This document shows positions 30,547 through 41,193 of a DNA stretch of 64,000 nt, in pieces; position 1 is the first letter of the stretch, and the number at the start of each line of letters is the position of its first letter. The DNA lies in assembly GCA_965204755.1 (NCBI GenBank), contig OZ242011.1, forward strand, positions 3,008,001 to 3,072,000, written 5' to 3'. The position numbers were made by a program, and so were the translations under genes. The notes beneath the pieces are model-generated. The model made no database searches. It saw only the letters and a list, made by a program, of their open reading frames with translations, and was not told the origin of the DNA. Source of the stretch: Candidatus Marinacidobacterium sp. (GTDB taxonomy: Bacteria > Acidobacteriota > Vicinamibacteria > Marinacidobacterales > Marinacidobacteraceae).

Positions 30547-31171
30547 GCCTCCGGCCGGGGCGGGCGACCGCGCCGCCGGGGCGGGGGGGAGAACCGGCGC
30601 CCCGACTTCCGGGGCCGCCGGGCCCGGCGCTGCCGGAGGGACGGCTCGCGAGGACGGGGCGAACGCGCTCGCCGGACGGAGGTTCGGCGTGGTGTTCTCG
30701 CAGCGCGACGGGCCGTCGGCGCGGCTCGCCGACGCGGCGGAGGCCTTCCTCGCCGCCCGGGGGGCCGAGGTCTCCCGTTGGCCGGCGAAGGGGGCGTTCG
30801 AGGTCGCTCAGTTCGCCGGGTGGCTCGCCGAGTCCGGGCGGGTGGAGGCGGTCGTCGCCTGCGCCAACATCGTCCGGGGCGAGACCAGCCACGACCGCCA
30901 CCTGGCGGCGGCGGTCACCGGGGCGCTCCTCGACATCGGCGTCCGCACCGGCGCGCCGGTCGGGAACGCCGTCTTGACGGTGGACACCGCCGAGCAGGCG
31001 GAGGCCCGCTCCGGCGGCGCGAAGGGCAACCGGGGCGAGGACGCCGCCCGCGCCGCCGCGCACCTGCTGCTCGCCCGCTCCGGGCTCGCCGGCGCCTCGG
31101 GGAGGGCCGGGAACCCGGGGCGCGATCTCGGGCCGCCCGACTTCGCTTCCGGTCGGCCCGGGGGCCGGTGA
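30536..31171 (+). CDS. ribH: 6,7-dimethyl-8-ribityllumazine synthase (divergent)
   Basis: GAFE, IVRGETSH, NAVLT...EQA..R.G...GNRG..AA; upstream of nusB. Confidence 0.82.
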   Translation: MAAEPPAGAGDRAAGAGGRTGAPTSGAAGPGAAGGTAREDGANALAGRRFGVVFSQRDGPSARLADAAEAFLAARGAEVSRWPAKGAFEVAQFAGWLAESGRVEAVVACANIVRGETSHDRHLAAAVTGALLDIGVRTGAPVGNAVLTVDTAEQAEARSGGAKGNRGEDAARAAAHLLLARSGLAGASGRAGNPGRDLGPPDFASGRPGGR

Positions 31172-31210
31172 GCCGGTGAGCCGGTGAGCCCCCGGTGAAC
31201 CCCCGGTGAA
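31165..31210. repeat. Short CCGGTGA(G/A) reiteration (5 copies) at the ribH-nusB junction
   Basis: ccggtgag x3, then ccc-ccggtgaa x2. Confidence 0.8.
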
Positions 31211-31697
31211 TCCGAAGACGGCGCGGGAGCGCCGGAGGGGTCGGGAACTCGCCGTCCAGATGCTCGCTTCGTGGGACGCGAACCCCACCGACCCGAAACT
31301 CACCGTGATCCGGATCGCGGAACTGACCCGCGCCAGCGCCAGGCACCTCCGGGCCGCGGAGCGGCTGGCCCGCACCGTCTGGGACCGACTGCCCCGGATT
31401 GACGCCTGCCTCGACCGGACGATCCACACCCCCTGGCGCGGGAAACTGGGTCGCGTGGAGCGCAGCGTGCTGCGCGTGGCCGTGGGCGAACTCCTGACGG
31501 AGACCGCTCCGCCGGCGGTCGTCCTCTCCGAGGCGCTGGAAGTCGCCCGCCTCTACGCGGGCGAAGCCGCCGTCCCCTTCGTCCACGGCGTCCTCGACAG
31601 CGTGGTGCGCGGCGGCGCGTCCCCGGCGGACGGGGAAGGGGACGGCGCGCCGCCCGCCGACGCGCGGACTCCCGCCGGGACGAGCGGCCCCGAATGA
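31206..31697 (+). CDS. nusB: Transcription antitermination factor NusB
   Basis: RRRGRELAVQ.L, VERSVLR.AVGEL, VLSEALEVA..Y, FVHGVLD. Confidence 0.88.
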   Translation: MNPKTARERRRGRELAVQMLASWDANPTDPKLTVIRIAELTRASARHLRAAERLARTVWDRLPRIDACLDRTIHTPWRGKLGRVERSVLRVAVGELLTETAPPAVVLSEALEVARLYAGEAAVPFVHGVLDSVVRGGASPADGEGDGAPPADARTPAGTSGPE

Positions 31698-31715
31698 GCG
31701 GCCCCGAATGAGCGG
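31682..31715. repeat. 14-bp tandem duplication GAGCGGCCCCGAAT at the nusB-lysS junction
   Basis: Two full copies plus GAGCGG; each copy boundary regenerates an ATGA. Confidence 0.85.
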
Positions 31716-33264
31716 GCAGGAAACTCCGGGCGCGGCGGCCCGACCGAACCCCGGCCGGGATGAGCAGGGCCGCCGCCGCAAACTCGCCGAGATCGCCGAA
31801 CTCGCCGCCGAGTCCGGAGTCCCGCTCTGGCCGGCGCGCTTCGAGACCACGCACACGCCCGCCGGGGCCTTCGCCGCCTGGGGCGCCCTCGACGCCGAGG
31901 CGCTGGAGGCGCTCCCCGAGTCCGAACGCCGGACGCGCGTGGCCGGCCGGATCGTCGGCCACCGCTCCTTCGGCAAGGCCGCCTTCGCCACGCTCGCCCA
32001 AGGTTCGGAGACCATCCAGACCCACCTGCGCCGGGACATCCTCGACGAGTCCGGGTTCCGCCTCTCCCGGCTGCTTGACCTCGGCGACTGGATCGGGGTG
32101 GAAGGCCCCGTCTTCCGGACCCGCGCCGGGGAGTTCACCGTCCGCGCCGACTCGCTCACGCTGCTGGCGAAGGCGCTGCTGCCGCTCCCGGAGAAGTGGC
32201 ACGGGCTCGCCGACCGCGACCTCCGCTACCGCAAGCGCTACCTCGACCTGGCGGCGAACGCCTCGACCCGCCGGGTCTTCGAGCGGCGGGCGGCGACCGT
32301 CCGGGCGCTCCGGGCCCACCTCGACGACGACGGGTTCCTCGAAGTGGAGACGCCGATGCTGCAGCCGCTGGCCACCGGAGCGGCGGCCCGGCCCTTCGTC
32401 ACCCACCACCGGGCGCTCGATCTCGAACTCTTCCTGCGGGTCGCCCCCGAGTTGTACCTGAAGCGGCTGGTCGTCGGCGGCTTCCCCCGCGTGTACGAAA
32501 TCAACCGCAACTTCCGCAACGAAGGCCTCTCCACCCGCCACAACCCGGAGTTCACCATGCTGGAGGCCTACCGCGCGTTCAGCGACTGCGCCGACATGAT
32601 GGCCCTCACCGAACGGCTGGTGGCCGCCGCCGCGAGGGCGGTCCTCGGCGACGAACCGGCCCGGTTCGGAGACCGGGAGATCCGCTTCGAAGCCCCGTTC
32701 CGCCGGGAGTCGCTGACCGGGGCGACCGTTTCCGCCCTCGCCGGGCGCGGGTTCGAGTTGGACCCGGCCCGCGCGCTCGAAGAGCCGGAGCGGCTCGCCG
32801 AAGCCCACGAGAGGTTGGAAGTCGTCCTCCCCGAAGCGCGCACTCCGGGGAAACTCCTCGTGAGCCTCTTCGAGGCGCTGGTCGAAGATTCGCTGACGGA
32901 ACCGACCTTCATCACCGGCTACCCGACCGAGGTCTCCCCGCTCTCGAAGGCCGACCCGAGAGATCCCCGCTACGCCGAGCGGTTCGAACTCTTCGCCGGC
33001 GGACTCGAAGTCGCGAACGGCTTCTCCGAACTCAACGATCCCGACGAACAGGAGTCCCGGTTCGGCGAGCAGATGGCGCGCCGGCAGCGCGGCGAGGAGC
33101 ACGCCATGGATCGCGACTACATCGAGGCGCTGCTCCACGGCCTCCCGCCCACCGGCGGCGTGGGCGTGGGCGTGGACCGGCTGGTCATGCTGTTCACCGA
33201 CTCGCCGGCCATCCGCGATGTGATCCTGTTCCCGCACCTGCGGCCTCGGAGCGCCGCCCCCTGA
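31708..33264 (+). CDS. lysS: Lysine-tRNA ligase (class II)
   Basis: LPEKWHGL, RYRKRYLDL, FLEVETP, FRNEG.S.RHNPEFT, GLPPTGG.G.GVDRL. Confidence 0.97.
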   Translation: MSGQETPGAAARPNPGRDEQGRRRKLAEIAELAAESGVPLWPARFETTHTPAGAFAAWGALDAEALEALPESERRTRVAGRIVGHRSFGKAAFATLAQGSETIQTHLRRDILDESGFRLSRLLDLGDWIGVEGPVFRTRAGEFTVRADSLTLLAKALLPLPEKWHGLADRDLRYRKRYLDLAANASTRRVFERRAATVRALRAHLDDDGFLEVETPMLQPLATGAAARPFVTHHRALDLELFLRVAPELYLKRLVVGGFPRVYEINRNFRNEGLSTRHNPEFTMLEAYRAFSDCADMMALTERLVAAAARAVLGDEPARFGDREIRFEAPFRRESLTGATVSALAGRGFELDPARALEEPERLAEAHERLEVVLPEARTPGKLLVSLFEALVEDSLTEPTFITGYPTEVSPLSKADPRDPRYAERFELFAGGLEVANGFSELNDPDEQESRFGEQMARRQRGEEHAMDRDYIEALLHGLPPTGGVGVGVDRLVMLFTDSPAIRDVILFPHLRPRSAAP

Positions 33265-33338
33265 GCGCGGCGCCGGCGACCCCCGCCGCGTCGGGCGGCG
33301 GCCGCTCCTCCCGCCGCCCTCCGACCCGGTTCGGGCGG

Positions 33339-34574
33339 GTGTCCGCCAGGTTGCCGTTCGAACTGCAACTCGCCTCGCGCTACCTGATGGTGCACCGGCG
33401 GGGGCTGTTCATCTCGGTGATCTCCGCCGTCTCCGCCGTCGGCGTCGTCCTCGGCGTGGCGATCCTGCTGGTGGCGCTGGCCATCATGACCGGCTTCCAG
33501 GGCGAACTGCGTGAGCGCATCCTGGGCGCGCTCTCGCACCTCACCGTGTACAGCCGTTCGCAGGACGGCTTCACCGACTACCCGGAGGCGATCGCCCGGC
33601 TGGAGGCGGTGCCCGGCGTGGAGGCGGCCGCCCCGGTGATCTACGGCAAGGCGCTGGCGGTCGCCCGGCGGACCGCCTTGGTCACCCTGAAGGGCGTGGA
33701 CCCGGAACTCGAACCGGCGGTGAGCGAGTTCGCCGACCGCATGGTGTCCGGCCGGTTCGCCGACCTCGCGGAGTCGCCGGAGGGCGAGCCGCCGCCGGTC
33801 GTCCTGGGCGAGGAACTCGCGCTGGCGCTCGGGGTCGCCGCCGGGGACCCGGTGCGGCTCATCGTCCCGGAGGGCGACCTGACGCCGCTGGGGGTGATCC
33901 CGGCGAGCCGCCGGTTCCGGGTCGCCGGGACCTTCCGCCTGGGCCTGTTCGACTACGACAACGCCTGGGCGCTCCTCCCGCTCCGGGAGGCGCAGCGGCT
34001 CACCGGCCTCGCCGGCGAAGCGGGGCGCCTCGAGGCGCGCGCCGAGGACCTGTTCGCCGTCCGCGAAGTCGAAGCGGAGGCCGCCCGGGCGCTCGGCCCG
34101 GGGTTCTCCACCCTGAACTGGATCGACCTGAACACCACGCTGTTCTCGGCGTTCTGGCTGGAGAAACTGGCGGCGGCGCTCTTCGTGAGTTTCATCGTGG
34201 GCGTGGCGGCGCTCAACATCGTCGCCGGACAGATCGTCACCGTCATCGAAAAGACCCGCGACATCGCCGTCCTGCGGGCGATGGGCGCGACGCGCCGCTC
34301 GGTGATGGCGCTCTTCATGGCGCAGGGGGCGATCATCGGCCTCGCCGGGACCGCGCTCGGGGCCGCGCTCGGCGTCGCCGCCTGCAGCGCGCTCGACGGG
34401 CGGATCCGCATCCCGGAGGATGTCTACCAGATCACCGCGGTCCCGTTCACCCTGCTCCCCGGCGACCTGGCGCTGGTCTGCCTGTTCGCCCCGGTGGTCT
34501 GTTTCCTGGCCACCATCTACCCCGCCCGTCGGGCGGCGGCGCTCGTCATCACCGACGCGCTGCGATTCCAGTGA
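33339..34574 (+). CDS. lolE: Lipoprotein-releasing ABC permease LolC/E
   Basis: ASRYL...F.SVIS, IMTGFQ, EKTRDIAVLRAMGA, ATIYPARRAA.....ALR; start approximate. Confidence 0.85.
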   Translation: MSARLPFELQLASRYLMVHRRGLFISVISAVSAVGVVLGVAILLVALAIMTGFQGELRERILGALSHLTVYSRSQDGFTDYPEAIARLEAVPGVEAAAPVIYGKALAVARRTALVTLKGVDPELEPAVSEFADRMVSGRFADLAESPEGEPPPVVLGEELALALGVAAGDPVRLIVPEGDLTPLGVIPASRRFRVAGTFRLGLFDYDNAWALLPLREAQRLTGLAGEAGRLEARAEDLFAVREVEAEAARALGPGFSTLNWIDLNTTLFSAFWLEKLAAALFVSFIVGVAALNIVAGQIVTVIEKTRDIAVLRAMGATRRSVMALFMAQGAIIGLAGTALGAALGVAACSALDGRIRIPEDVYQITAVPFTLLPGDLALVCLFAPVVCFLATIYPARRAAALVITDALRFQ

Positions 34575-35365
34575 CCGCCGCCGGCGACGGGGCCCGGCCG
34601 CTGCTCCGGGCCCGCGGCCTGGTGAAGGGTTTCGGCGCCGGCGCCGCCCGGATCCCGGTGCTCCGGGGCCTCGACTTCGACGCCGCCGCCGGGGAGATGG
34701 TGGCGGTGGTGGGCCGGAGCGGGGTGGGGAAGACCACGCTCCTCCAGGTGCTCGGCCTCCTCGACCGGCCGGAGGCCGGCTCGCTCGACTTCGCCGGGGA
34801 GGACGCGGCGGCGCTTCCCGAACGCGCCGCCGCCGCCTTCCGCAACCGCCGCGTGGGGTTCGTCTTCCAGCACCACCGCCTGCTCCCCGAACTGACCGCC
34901 GTGGAGAACGCCTCGCTCCCGCTCCGCATCCGGCGCGAGCCGAGAAGGCGCGCCGAGTCCCGGGCGGAGGCGCTCCTCGCCGACCTCGGGCTCGGCGACC
35001 GGCTCCACCACCGGGCGGAAGAACTGAGCGGCGGGGAGCAGCAGCGGGTGGCGGTGGCCCGCGCGCTCGCCGGCGAGCCCTCCCTGCTCCTCGCCGACGA
35101 ACCGACCGGGAACCTCGACGACGAATCCAGCGCCCTGCTCATGGATCTCCTGGTCCGGCTTCACCGGGCGCGGGGGCTCACCGCCGTCATCGCCACCCAC
35201 AGCGGAGCGGTCGCCGGGCGCTGCGGCCGGGCGCTCCGGCTGGAGGGCGGCGTCCTGCGCCCGGCCGGCGGCGGCCCCGGCCCGCTCCCGCCGGCAGCCG
35301 GTCGAGGGAGTCCGGGGAGCGCCCGCCCGGGCGAGGCGCGGGGCGCTTTTTCCGCGGGCTGCTAA
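34571..35365 (+). CDS. lolD: Lipoprotein-releasing ABC ATPase LolD
   Basis: GRSGVGKTT, GFVFQ.H.LLPE, LSGGEQQR, ADEPTGNLD. Confidence 0.88.
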   Translation: MTAAGDGARPLLRARGLVKGFGAGAARIPVLRGLDFDAAAGEMVAVVGRSGVGKTTLLQVLGLLDRPEAGSLDFAGEDAAALPERAAAAFRNRRVGFVFQHHRLLPELTAVENASLPLRIRREPRRRAESRAEALLADLGLGDRLHHRAEELSGGEQQRVAVARALAGEPSLLLADEPTGNLDDESSALLMDLLVRLHRARGLTAVIATHSGAVAGRCGRALRLEGGVLRPAGGGPGPLPPAAGRGSPGSARPGEARGAFSAGC

Positions 35366-35405
35366 ATTCCGGCCCGGCAACCGATTCCCGACCCCCGGCC
35401 GGGGG

Positions 35406-37910
35406 ATGACTTCCATGTTCGAGCGTTATACGGAGAGCGCCAAGAGGGTCATCTTTTTCGCCCGCCACGACGCCTCGCAACTCGGCGGGGATGCCATCGA
35501 GGCCGAGCACCTGCTGCTCGGGGTGCTGCGCGAACCGGAGGGGCTGACCGCCTCCATCTTCAGCCGCCTCCACATCTCCCCGGACCAGGTCCGGCGCGAA
35601 GTCCGCAGCCATGTGCTGCTCCGCGACTCCGTCTCCACTTCGGTGGAGATCCCGCTCTCGGCGGAGTCGAAGAAGGTGCTGCAGACCGCCCGGGAAGAGG
35701 CCGACCGGATGCGGAGCGACGCCATCGGCACGGAACACCTCCTCCTCGGCCTGGTGGAAGCGGAGGGGACGGCGGCGGCCAAGATCCTGGCCCGCCAGGG
35801 AGTCCGCGCCCCGGTGGTCCGGGAAGCGCTGGACTCGCGGGCGCTCCGCCGCCCGGCCAAGAAGGCCCGCGAAACGCCGCTGCTGGCCGAATTCTCGGTG
35901 GACCTCACCCAGGCCGCCGCCGAAGGCAAACTCGATCCGCTGATCGGGCGCGGCCCGGAACTCGAGCGGGTGATCCAGGTGCTCTGCCGCCGCACCAAGA
36001 ACAACCCGGTGCTCATCGGCGAACCGGGGACCGGGAAGACCGCGATCGTCGAGGGGCTCGCCAGCCGGATCGCCGGCGGCGACTGCCCGATCTTCCTCTC
36101 CGACCGCCGCATCCGCTCGCTGGACATCTCGCTCGTCGTCGCCGGCACCAAGTACCGCGGCCAGTTCGAAGAGCGGCTGAAGGCGATCCTGAAGGAACTC
36201 CGGGAAGCCTCCGACTGCATCATCTTCGTGGACGAACTCCATACCCTGGTGGGCGCCGGCTCCGCCGAAGGCTCGCTCGACGCCGCGAACATCCTGAAGC
36301 CGGCGCTCTCCCGCGACGGCATCCAGTGCATCGGCGCCACCACGCCCGCCGAATACCGGATGCACATCGAGCGCGACCGCAGTCTGGAGCGCCGCTTCCA
36401 GGGCGTCCGGGTGAACGCGCCGAGCGACGAGGAGACCATCGTGATCCTCAAGGGCGTGAAGGAACGCTACGAGCGGTTCCACCGCGTGCGGTACGACGAC
36501 GAAGCGGTGGACGCCGCGGTCCGCCAGGCGCAGCGCTACCTGACCGACCGATTCCTCCCGGACAAGTCGGTGGACCTGCTCGACGAAGCCGGCAGCCGGG
36601 TCAAGTTGCGCGACAACCGGGTGTCCAACGAGTTCAGCGCGGTGCGGCGGCGCATCCGGGACATCCGCCGGAGGAAGGACCGCGCCTTCGGCGAGAACGA
36701 CCTCGAACGCGCCTCGCTGGCCCAGGACGAAGAAAACGGCGAGCGCGAGACCCTGCGGGCGTTGAAGCGCGAGTGGCAGGAGCGGGACGCCGATCCGCCG
36801 GCGGTCACCCGCCGGGACATAGACGAAGTCGTCGCGGACTGGACCGGGATCCCCATCGGTTCCATCGAAGAAGAGGAGAGCCGCAAACTGCTGAGGATCG
36901 AAGAAGTCCTGCACCGCCGCATCGTCGCCCAGAACGAAGCGGTCTCGCGGGTGGCGAAGGCCATCCGCCGGGCGCGGGCCGGAGTGGGGAGTCCGCACCG
37001 TCCCGGCGGCGTCTTCCTGTTCCTCGGGCCGTCGGGCGTCGGCAAGACGGAAGTGGCGCGCTCGCTCGCGGAGTTCCTGCTAGGAACGGAACAGGCGCTG
37101 CTGCGTTTCGACATGAGCGAGTACCTGGAGCGCCACTCGGTCTCGCGGTTCATCGGCTCCCCTCCGGGGTATGTCGGCTACGGCGAGGGAGGCCAACTCA
37201 CCGAGCGCGTCCGGCGAAACCCCTACTCCGTGCTCCTGCTCGACGAGATCGAAAAGGCCCATCCCGATGTCTGGAACCTGCTCCTCCAGGTCTTCGAGGA
37301 CGGCCGGCTCACCGACGGGCTCGGGAACACCGTGGACTTCAAGAACACGATCATCGTCATGACCAGCAACCTCGGCGCGCGGCACCTGCAAAAGCAGTCG
37401 GTGCCCGGATTCGCGCCTTCGGACCCGGCCGGGCGGAAGAGGGCGATGCGCGACCTCATCTCCGGCGAAGTGAAGAAGACCTTCACGCCGGAGTTCCTGA
37501 ACCGCCTCGACGCGACCGTCCTGTTCGACCCGCTGACCCGGGAGGACCTGGCGGCGATCCTGCGCCGGATGATCGCCCGGATGAACGAGGATCTCGAAGG
37601 ACGGCGGTTCACCGTGTCGCTGTCCCCCGAGGCCGAGGAGTTCCTGGTGCGGGTGACGCTGCGCGATCCGGCGTACGGCGCCCGGCCGCTGCGGCGGGCG
37701 ATCCAGAAGCATGTGGAGGACCCGCTCTCGGAGGCGGTGCTCGGCGGCGAAATCGAGCCGGGGGGGGAAGTGGCGCTCGACTACCGGGAGAAACCGGCGA
37801 TCCGCGCCGGCGCCTCCGGCGCGGAGGACGGGGCCGGCGGCGAGGAGGACGACGAAGCGGGCGGCGAACTCTTCGTCCGGGTAGCCGAGTTGGAGGCGGC
37901 GCTGGCGTAA
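35406..37910 (+). CDS. clpC: ATP-dependent Clp protease ATPase ClpC
   Basis: MFERYT Clp_N, two AAA+ modules ([16 protein letters not shown]), UVR-like middle region, PGF loop, GARPLRR. Confidence 0.93.
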   Translation: MTSMFERYTESAKRVIFFARHDASQLGGDAIEAEHLLLGVLREPEGLTASIFSRLHISPDQVRREVRSHVLLRDSVSTSVEIPLSAESKKVLQTAREEADRMRSDAIGTEHLLLGLVEAEGTAAAKILARQGVRAPVVREALDSRALRRPAKKARETPLLAEFSVDLTQAAAEGKLDPLIGRGPELERVIQVLCRRTKNNPVLIGEPGTGKTAIVEGLASRIAGGDCPIFLSDRRIRSLDISLVVAGTKYRGQFEERLKAILKELREASDCIIFVDELHTLVGAGSAEGSLDAANILKPALSRDGIQCIGATTPAEYRMHIERDRSLERRFQGVRVNAPSDEETIVILKGVKERYERFHRVRYDDEAVDAAVRQAQRYLTDRFLPDKSVDLLDEAGSRVKLRDNRVSNEFSAVRRRIRDIRRRKDRAFGENDLERASLAQDEENGERETLRALKREWQERDADPPAVTRRDIDEVVADWTGIPIGSIEEEESRKLLRIEEVLHRRIVAQNEAVSRVAKAIRRARAGVGSPHRPGGVFLFLGPSGVGKTEVARSLAEFLLGTEQALLRFDMSEYLERHSVSRFIGSPPGYVGYGEGGQLTERVRRNPYSVLLLDEIEKAHPDVWNLLLQVFEDGRLTDGLGNTVDFKNTIIVMTSNLGARHLQKQSVPGFAPSDPAGRKRAMRDLISGEVKKTFTPEFLNRLDATVLFDPLTREDLAAILRRMIARMNEDLEGRRFTVSLSPEAEEFLVRVTLRDPAYGARPLRRAIQKHVEDPLSEAVLGGEIEPGGEVALDYREKPAIRAGASGAEDGAGGEEDDEAGGELFVRVAELEAALA

Positions 37911-40450
37911 TGCGGCTCCGCTCGCTCTTCCGCTTCGCGCTCGCCGGGGCGCTCGGACTCGCCGCTCCGGTTTTCGCCGGCGCCGGTCTCGCAGAAACCG
38001 GTTTCGCCGCTCCCGGTTTCGCCGCTCCCGGTTTCGCCGCTCCCGGTTTTGCCGCTCCCGGTTTCGCCGAAGCCGCGCCCGAAGCGGCGCCCCAAGCCGC
38101 CGAGACCGTGGAGTCGGTGGTCATCGAAGGCAACGACCTGATCCCCGAGGACGCCTGGCTCGCGCACCTCACGGTGAAGGCCGGCGACCCGGTGGACCGG
38201 GAGGCGCTCCGCGCCGAGTTCCGGACGCTCTGGGACGCCGGTTTCGCCGATGACCTGCGGCTCGAACTGCGCGACGGGCCCGGCGGCGGCAAGGTGGTCG
38301 CGTTCGTCGTCCACGAGCGGCCCCGGATCGCCGCCGTGGAATTCCTCGGCTCGGAGGAACTCGACGACGACGAGATCCTCGAAAAACTCGAGGAAGAAGA
38401 CGCCCGGATGCCGCTCGACGCGCCCTACGACCCGGACAAGGTGGTGCGCGCGCGCGAAGTGATCGCCGAGATGCTGGTGGACAAGGGCCGCACCGAAGGC
38501 GCGGTCGAGAGCCAGATCCACGAGGACGAGGCCGGCGTCCGCATCGTCTTCCAGATCCGGGACGAACAGCAGGTGCGCATCCGCCGCGTCCGGTTCACCG
38601 GGGTCGAAGCGCTCGACGCATGGGTGCTCCGCTGGGCGATGAAGAAGACCCGCGAGAGCCACGCCCTCGGCGCGCTGCTCGGCGGCTCCACCTATACCGA
38701 GGAGCAGTACGGGGAAGACATCGAAAGCGTCCGGCAGGAATACCTGAAGCGCGGCTACCTCGATGTGTCCTTCGGCCCGCCGCAGATGAGTTACGAAGAC
38801 GGCCATTCCCGTTCGTTCCTCTTCTGGAAGCGGCCGAAGCGGTGGATGGACATCACCATCCCGGTGGTGGAAGGCGAGCAGTACCGGGTGGGCGAAGTCA
38901 CCGTCGAAGGCGCGGAAGTCCTCCCGGCGGAGATCGTCCGGGGTTTCTTCCCGCTCGTGGCGGGCGCGGTGTACGACGAATCGCAGGTGAACGACGGCCT
39001 GGAATCGCTCCGCGAGATCTACGGCGCCCGGGGGTATGTGCAGTTCACCGGTTTCCCGACCTGGCGCCGCCGGGAGGAGCCGGAGACCGGCGAGAAGATC
39101 GTGGATGTGGTGGTCAACCTCGCCGAGGAAGACCAGTTCCTGGTGAACCGGATCGAGTTCCGCGGCAACTCCACCACCAAGGACCGGGTGATCCGCCGCG
39201 AGATGTGGCTGAACGAGCAGGACATCATGAACATGGAACTGCTCAAGGCGTCCATCCAGCGCATCAACCAACTCGGCTACTTCCGGCCGATCGAGCAGCC
39301 GGAGATCCAGCCCAGCCCCGAAGACGAGACCAAACTGGACATCACCCTCGACCTGGTCGAAGAGAACCGGAACCAGTTGACCTTCGGCGCCGGCGTGTCC
39401 GGCCTCGAAGGCTTCTTCGCGAACGCTTCGTTCGGTACGACGAACTTCCTCGGGCGGGGAGAGACGGCGAACTTCACCATCCAGGCCGGCAACCGCACGC
39501 AGAACTACCAGATCGCCATCACCGATCCCTACTTCATGGACAAGCCGGTGACGCTCGGGTTCGATGTGTTCCGGCGGACGCTGAAGTTGCGCGAGTTCAC
39601 CCGGGACGACATCGGGGGCCGCATCGTGTTCGGCCTGCCGATCGGCCGGTGGTCGAGGGCCTTCCTGAACTACGGCTACTCGGTGATCACCGTCCGGGAA
39701 CCGGACCCGGACATCGTCCTGAACCTCTACGACCTCTACTACAACAGCACCTACCTCGATCCCCGGTTCTTCGGCCTCTCGGGCAACTTCCGCGAGAGCA
39801 AGATCAGCCCGACCTATGTGTACAACACCGTGGACCATCCGATCTTCCCGAGCACCGGGAGGAAACTCACCGCGTCCTTCGATGTGGCCGGCGGCCGGCT
39901 GGGCGGGAATGTCCACTACTACAAGCCGACGCTCGAGGGCGTGCTCCATACCCGGCTCATGGCCGGCACCTCGCTCGGACTCCGCGTGATGGGGAGTTAC
40001 CTCCACGGGTATGGCGGGGTGGCTCCGCCGGACGGCGAACCGATCGACATCTTCGATGTGGAGCAGACCGGCGTGCCTTACTACAACCGGTTCTTCATGG
40101 GCGGCGAGTACCAGATCCGCGGCTTCTACATCCGCTCCGTGGGCCCCCGGAACGAGGCCGGCCAGTTGCTCGGCGGGAACAAGATGCTGCTGTTCAACGC
40201 GGAGTACGCCATACCGCTCGCCGGGCCGCTGCGCGCCATCCTGTTCTTCGACGCCGGCAACGCCTTCGCCGAGGAGACCTCCTGGGGTTTCTCCATGCTC
40301 CAGAACTTCCGCACCTCGACCGGGATCGAGATGCGCGTCTTCATCCCGATGCTGAATGTGCCGTTCCGGCTCATCTTCGCCTACAATCCCCACCGGGACT
40401 ACTACCACCGGCCTACGGCGTTCGTCTTCGGGATCGGAACGACCTTCTAG
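37910..40450 (+). CDS. bamA: Outer membrane protein assembly factor BamA
   Basis: ATG overlaps the clpC TAA; POTRA repeats (GNSTTKDRVIRRE), IRGF, FFDAGN, C-terminal Phe. Confidence 0.92.
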   Translation: MRLRSLFRFALAGALGLAAPVFAGAGLAETGFAAPGFAAPGFAAPGFAAPGFAEAAPEAAPQAAETVESVVIEGNDLIPEDAWLAHLTVKAGDPVDREALRAEFRTLWDAGFADDLRLELRDGPGGGKVVAFVVHERPRIAAVEFLGSEELDDDEILEKLEEEDARMPLDAPYDPDKVVRAREVIAEMLVDKGRTEGAVESQIHEDEAGVRIVFQIRDEQQVRIRRVRFTGVEALDAWVLRWAMKKTRESHALGALLGGSTYTEEQYGEDIESVRQEYLKRGYLDVSFGPPQMSYEDGHSRSFLFWKRPKRWMDITIPVVEGEQYRVGEVTVEGAEVLPAEIVRGFFPLVAGAVYDESQVNDGLESLREIYGARGYVQFTGFPTWRRREEPETGEKIVDVVVNLAEEDQFLVNRIEFRGNSTTKDRVIRREMWLNEQDIMNMELLKASIQRINQLGYFRPIEQPEIQPSPEDETKLDITLDLVEENRNQLTFGAGVSGLEGFFANASFGTTNFLGRGETANFTIQAGNRTQNYQIAITDPYFMDKPVTLGFDVFRRTLKLREFTRDDIGGRIVFGLPIGRWSRAFLNYGYSVITVREPDPDIVLNLYDLYYNSTYLDPRFFGLSGNFRESKISPTYVYNTVDHPIFPSTGRKLTASFDVAGGRLGGNVHYYKPTLEGVLHTRLMAGTSLGLRVMGSYLHGYGGVAPPDGEPIDIFDVEQTGVPYYNRFFMGGEYQIRGFYIRSVGPRNEAGQLLGGNKMLLFNAEYAIPLAGPLRAILFFDAGNAFAEETSWGFSMLQNFRTSTGIEMRVFIPMLNVPFRLIFAYNPHRDYYHRPTAFVFGIGTTF
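37998..38069 (+). repeat. 15-bp coding tandem repeat CCGGTTTCGCCGCTC x~4.8 (GFAAP)
   Basis: Read directly; lies just after the BamA signal peptide. Confidence 0.9.
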
Positions 40451-40553
40451 GCCGCATTCGCGCGCGCCGGCCCGAAACGCCTCGGAGCGAACCCGGACGG
40501 GACGATCCGTGATCGAAGCGAGCGCCCGGCGCCCCCAGGAGTTGACTCTGGCC

Positions 40554-41156
40554 ATGAACCTTCCCGCGCGTACCGCGCTTCGCCCTTCCGCCCGCCGGCC
40601 CGCCCGGGCGCTTTCCGCCGCCCTCCTGGCCTGCGCCGCCCTCCTGGCCGGGGCCGCCTTCCCGGCCGCCGCGCTCGCGCAGACCGCCGAGCCCACCCGG
40701 GTCGCCGTGATCGACATAGACCGGATCGCCCAGGAGTCGGAGCGCGGCCAGGCGCTCATCGAGGAGTTCCAGGGCCTCCAGGAAGAGATCCTGCGCGGGC
40801 GGCAGACCCGGGAGCAGGAGATCCGCGACCTCACGAACCGCGCCGGGTCCCAACTCCTGTCCGCCGAGGCGCGCGCCGACATCACCCGCGACATCGAGCG
40901 CAAGCAGACCGACCTGCAGCGGTGGCTCGAAGACCAGCAGCGCGACTTCAACGAACGCCAGACCACCGGCTTCCAGGCGCTCGAACAGGAACTCGGCCCG
41001 GTGGTCGAGGAAGTGGCCCGCGAACGGGGAATCCAACTCATCTTCCGGGTCACGCCCGGCCTCACCTTCATCATGGACGCGGCCCTCGACATCTCCCCGG
41101 AAGTGATCCAGCGGTTCAACTCCCGCGCCGGGGGCGAAGGTTCGGAGCAGCCGTAA
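40554..41156 (+). CDS. skp: OmpH/Skp periplasmic chaperone
   Basis: Signal peptide, VAVIDIDRI, coiled coil, DIS.EVI..FN; follows bamA. Confidence 0.85.
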   Translation: MNLPARTALRPSARRPARALSAALLACAALLAGAAFPAAALAQTAEPTRVAVIDIDRIAQESERGQALIEEFQGLQEEILRGRQTREQEIRDLTNRAGSQLLSAEARADITRDIERKQTDLQRWLEDQQRDFNERQTTGFQALEQELGPVVEEVARERGIQLIFRVTPGLTFIMDAALDISPEVIQRFNSRAGGEGSEQP

Positions 41157-41193
41157 GGCGCGGCCGGCGCCCGGCGCGCCGGCGCCACGAGCG

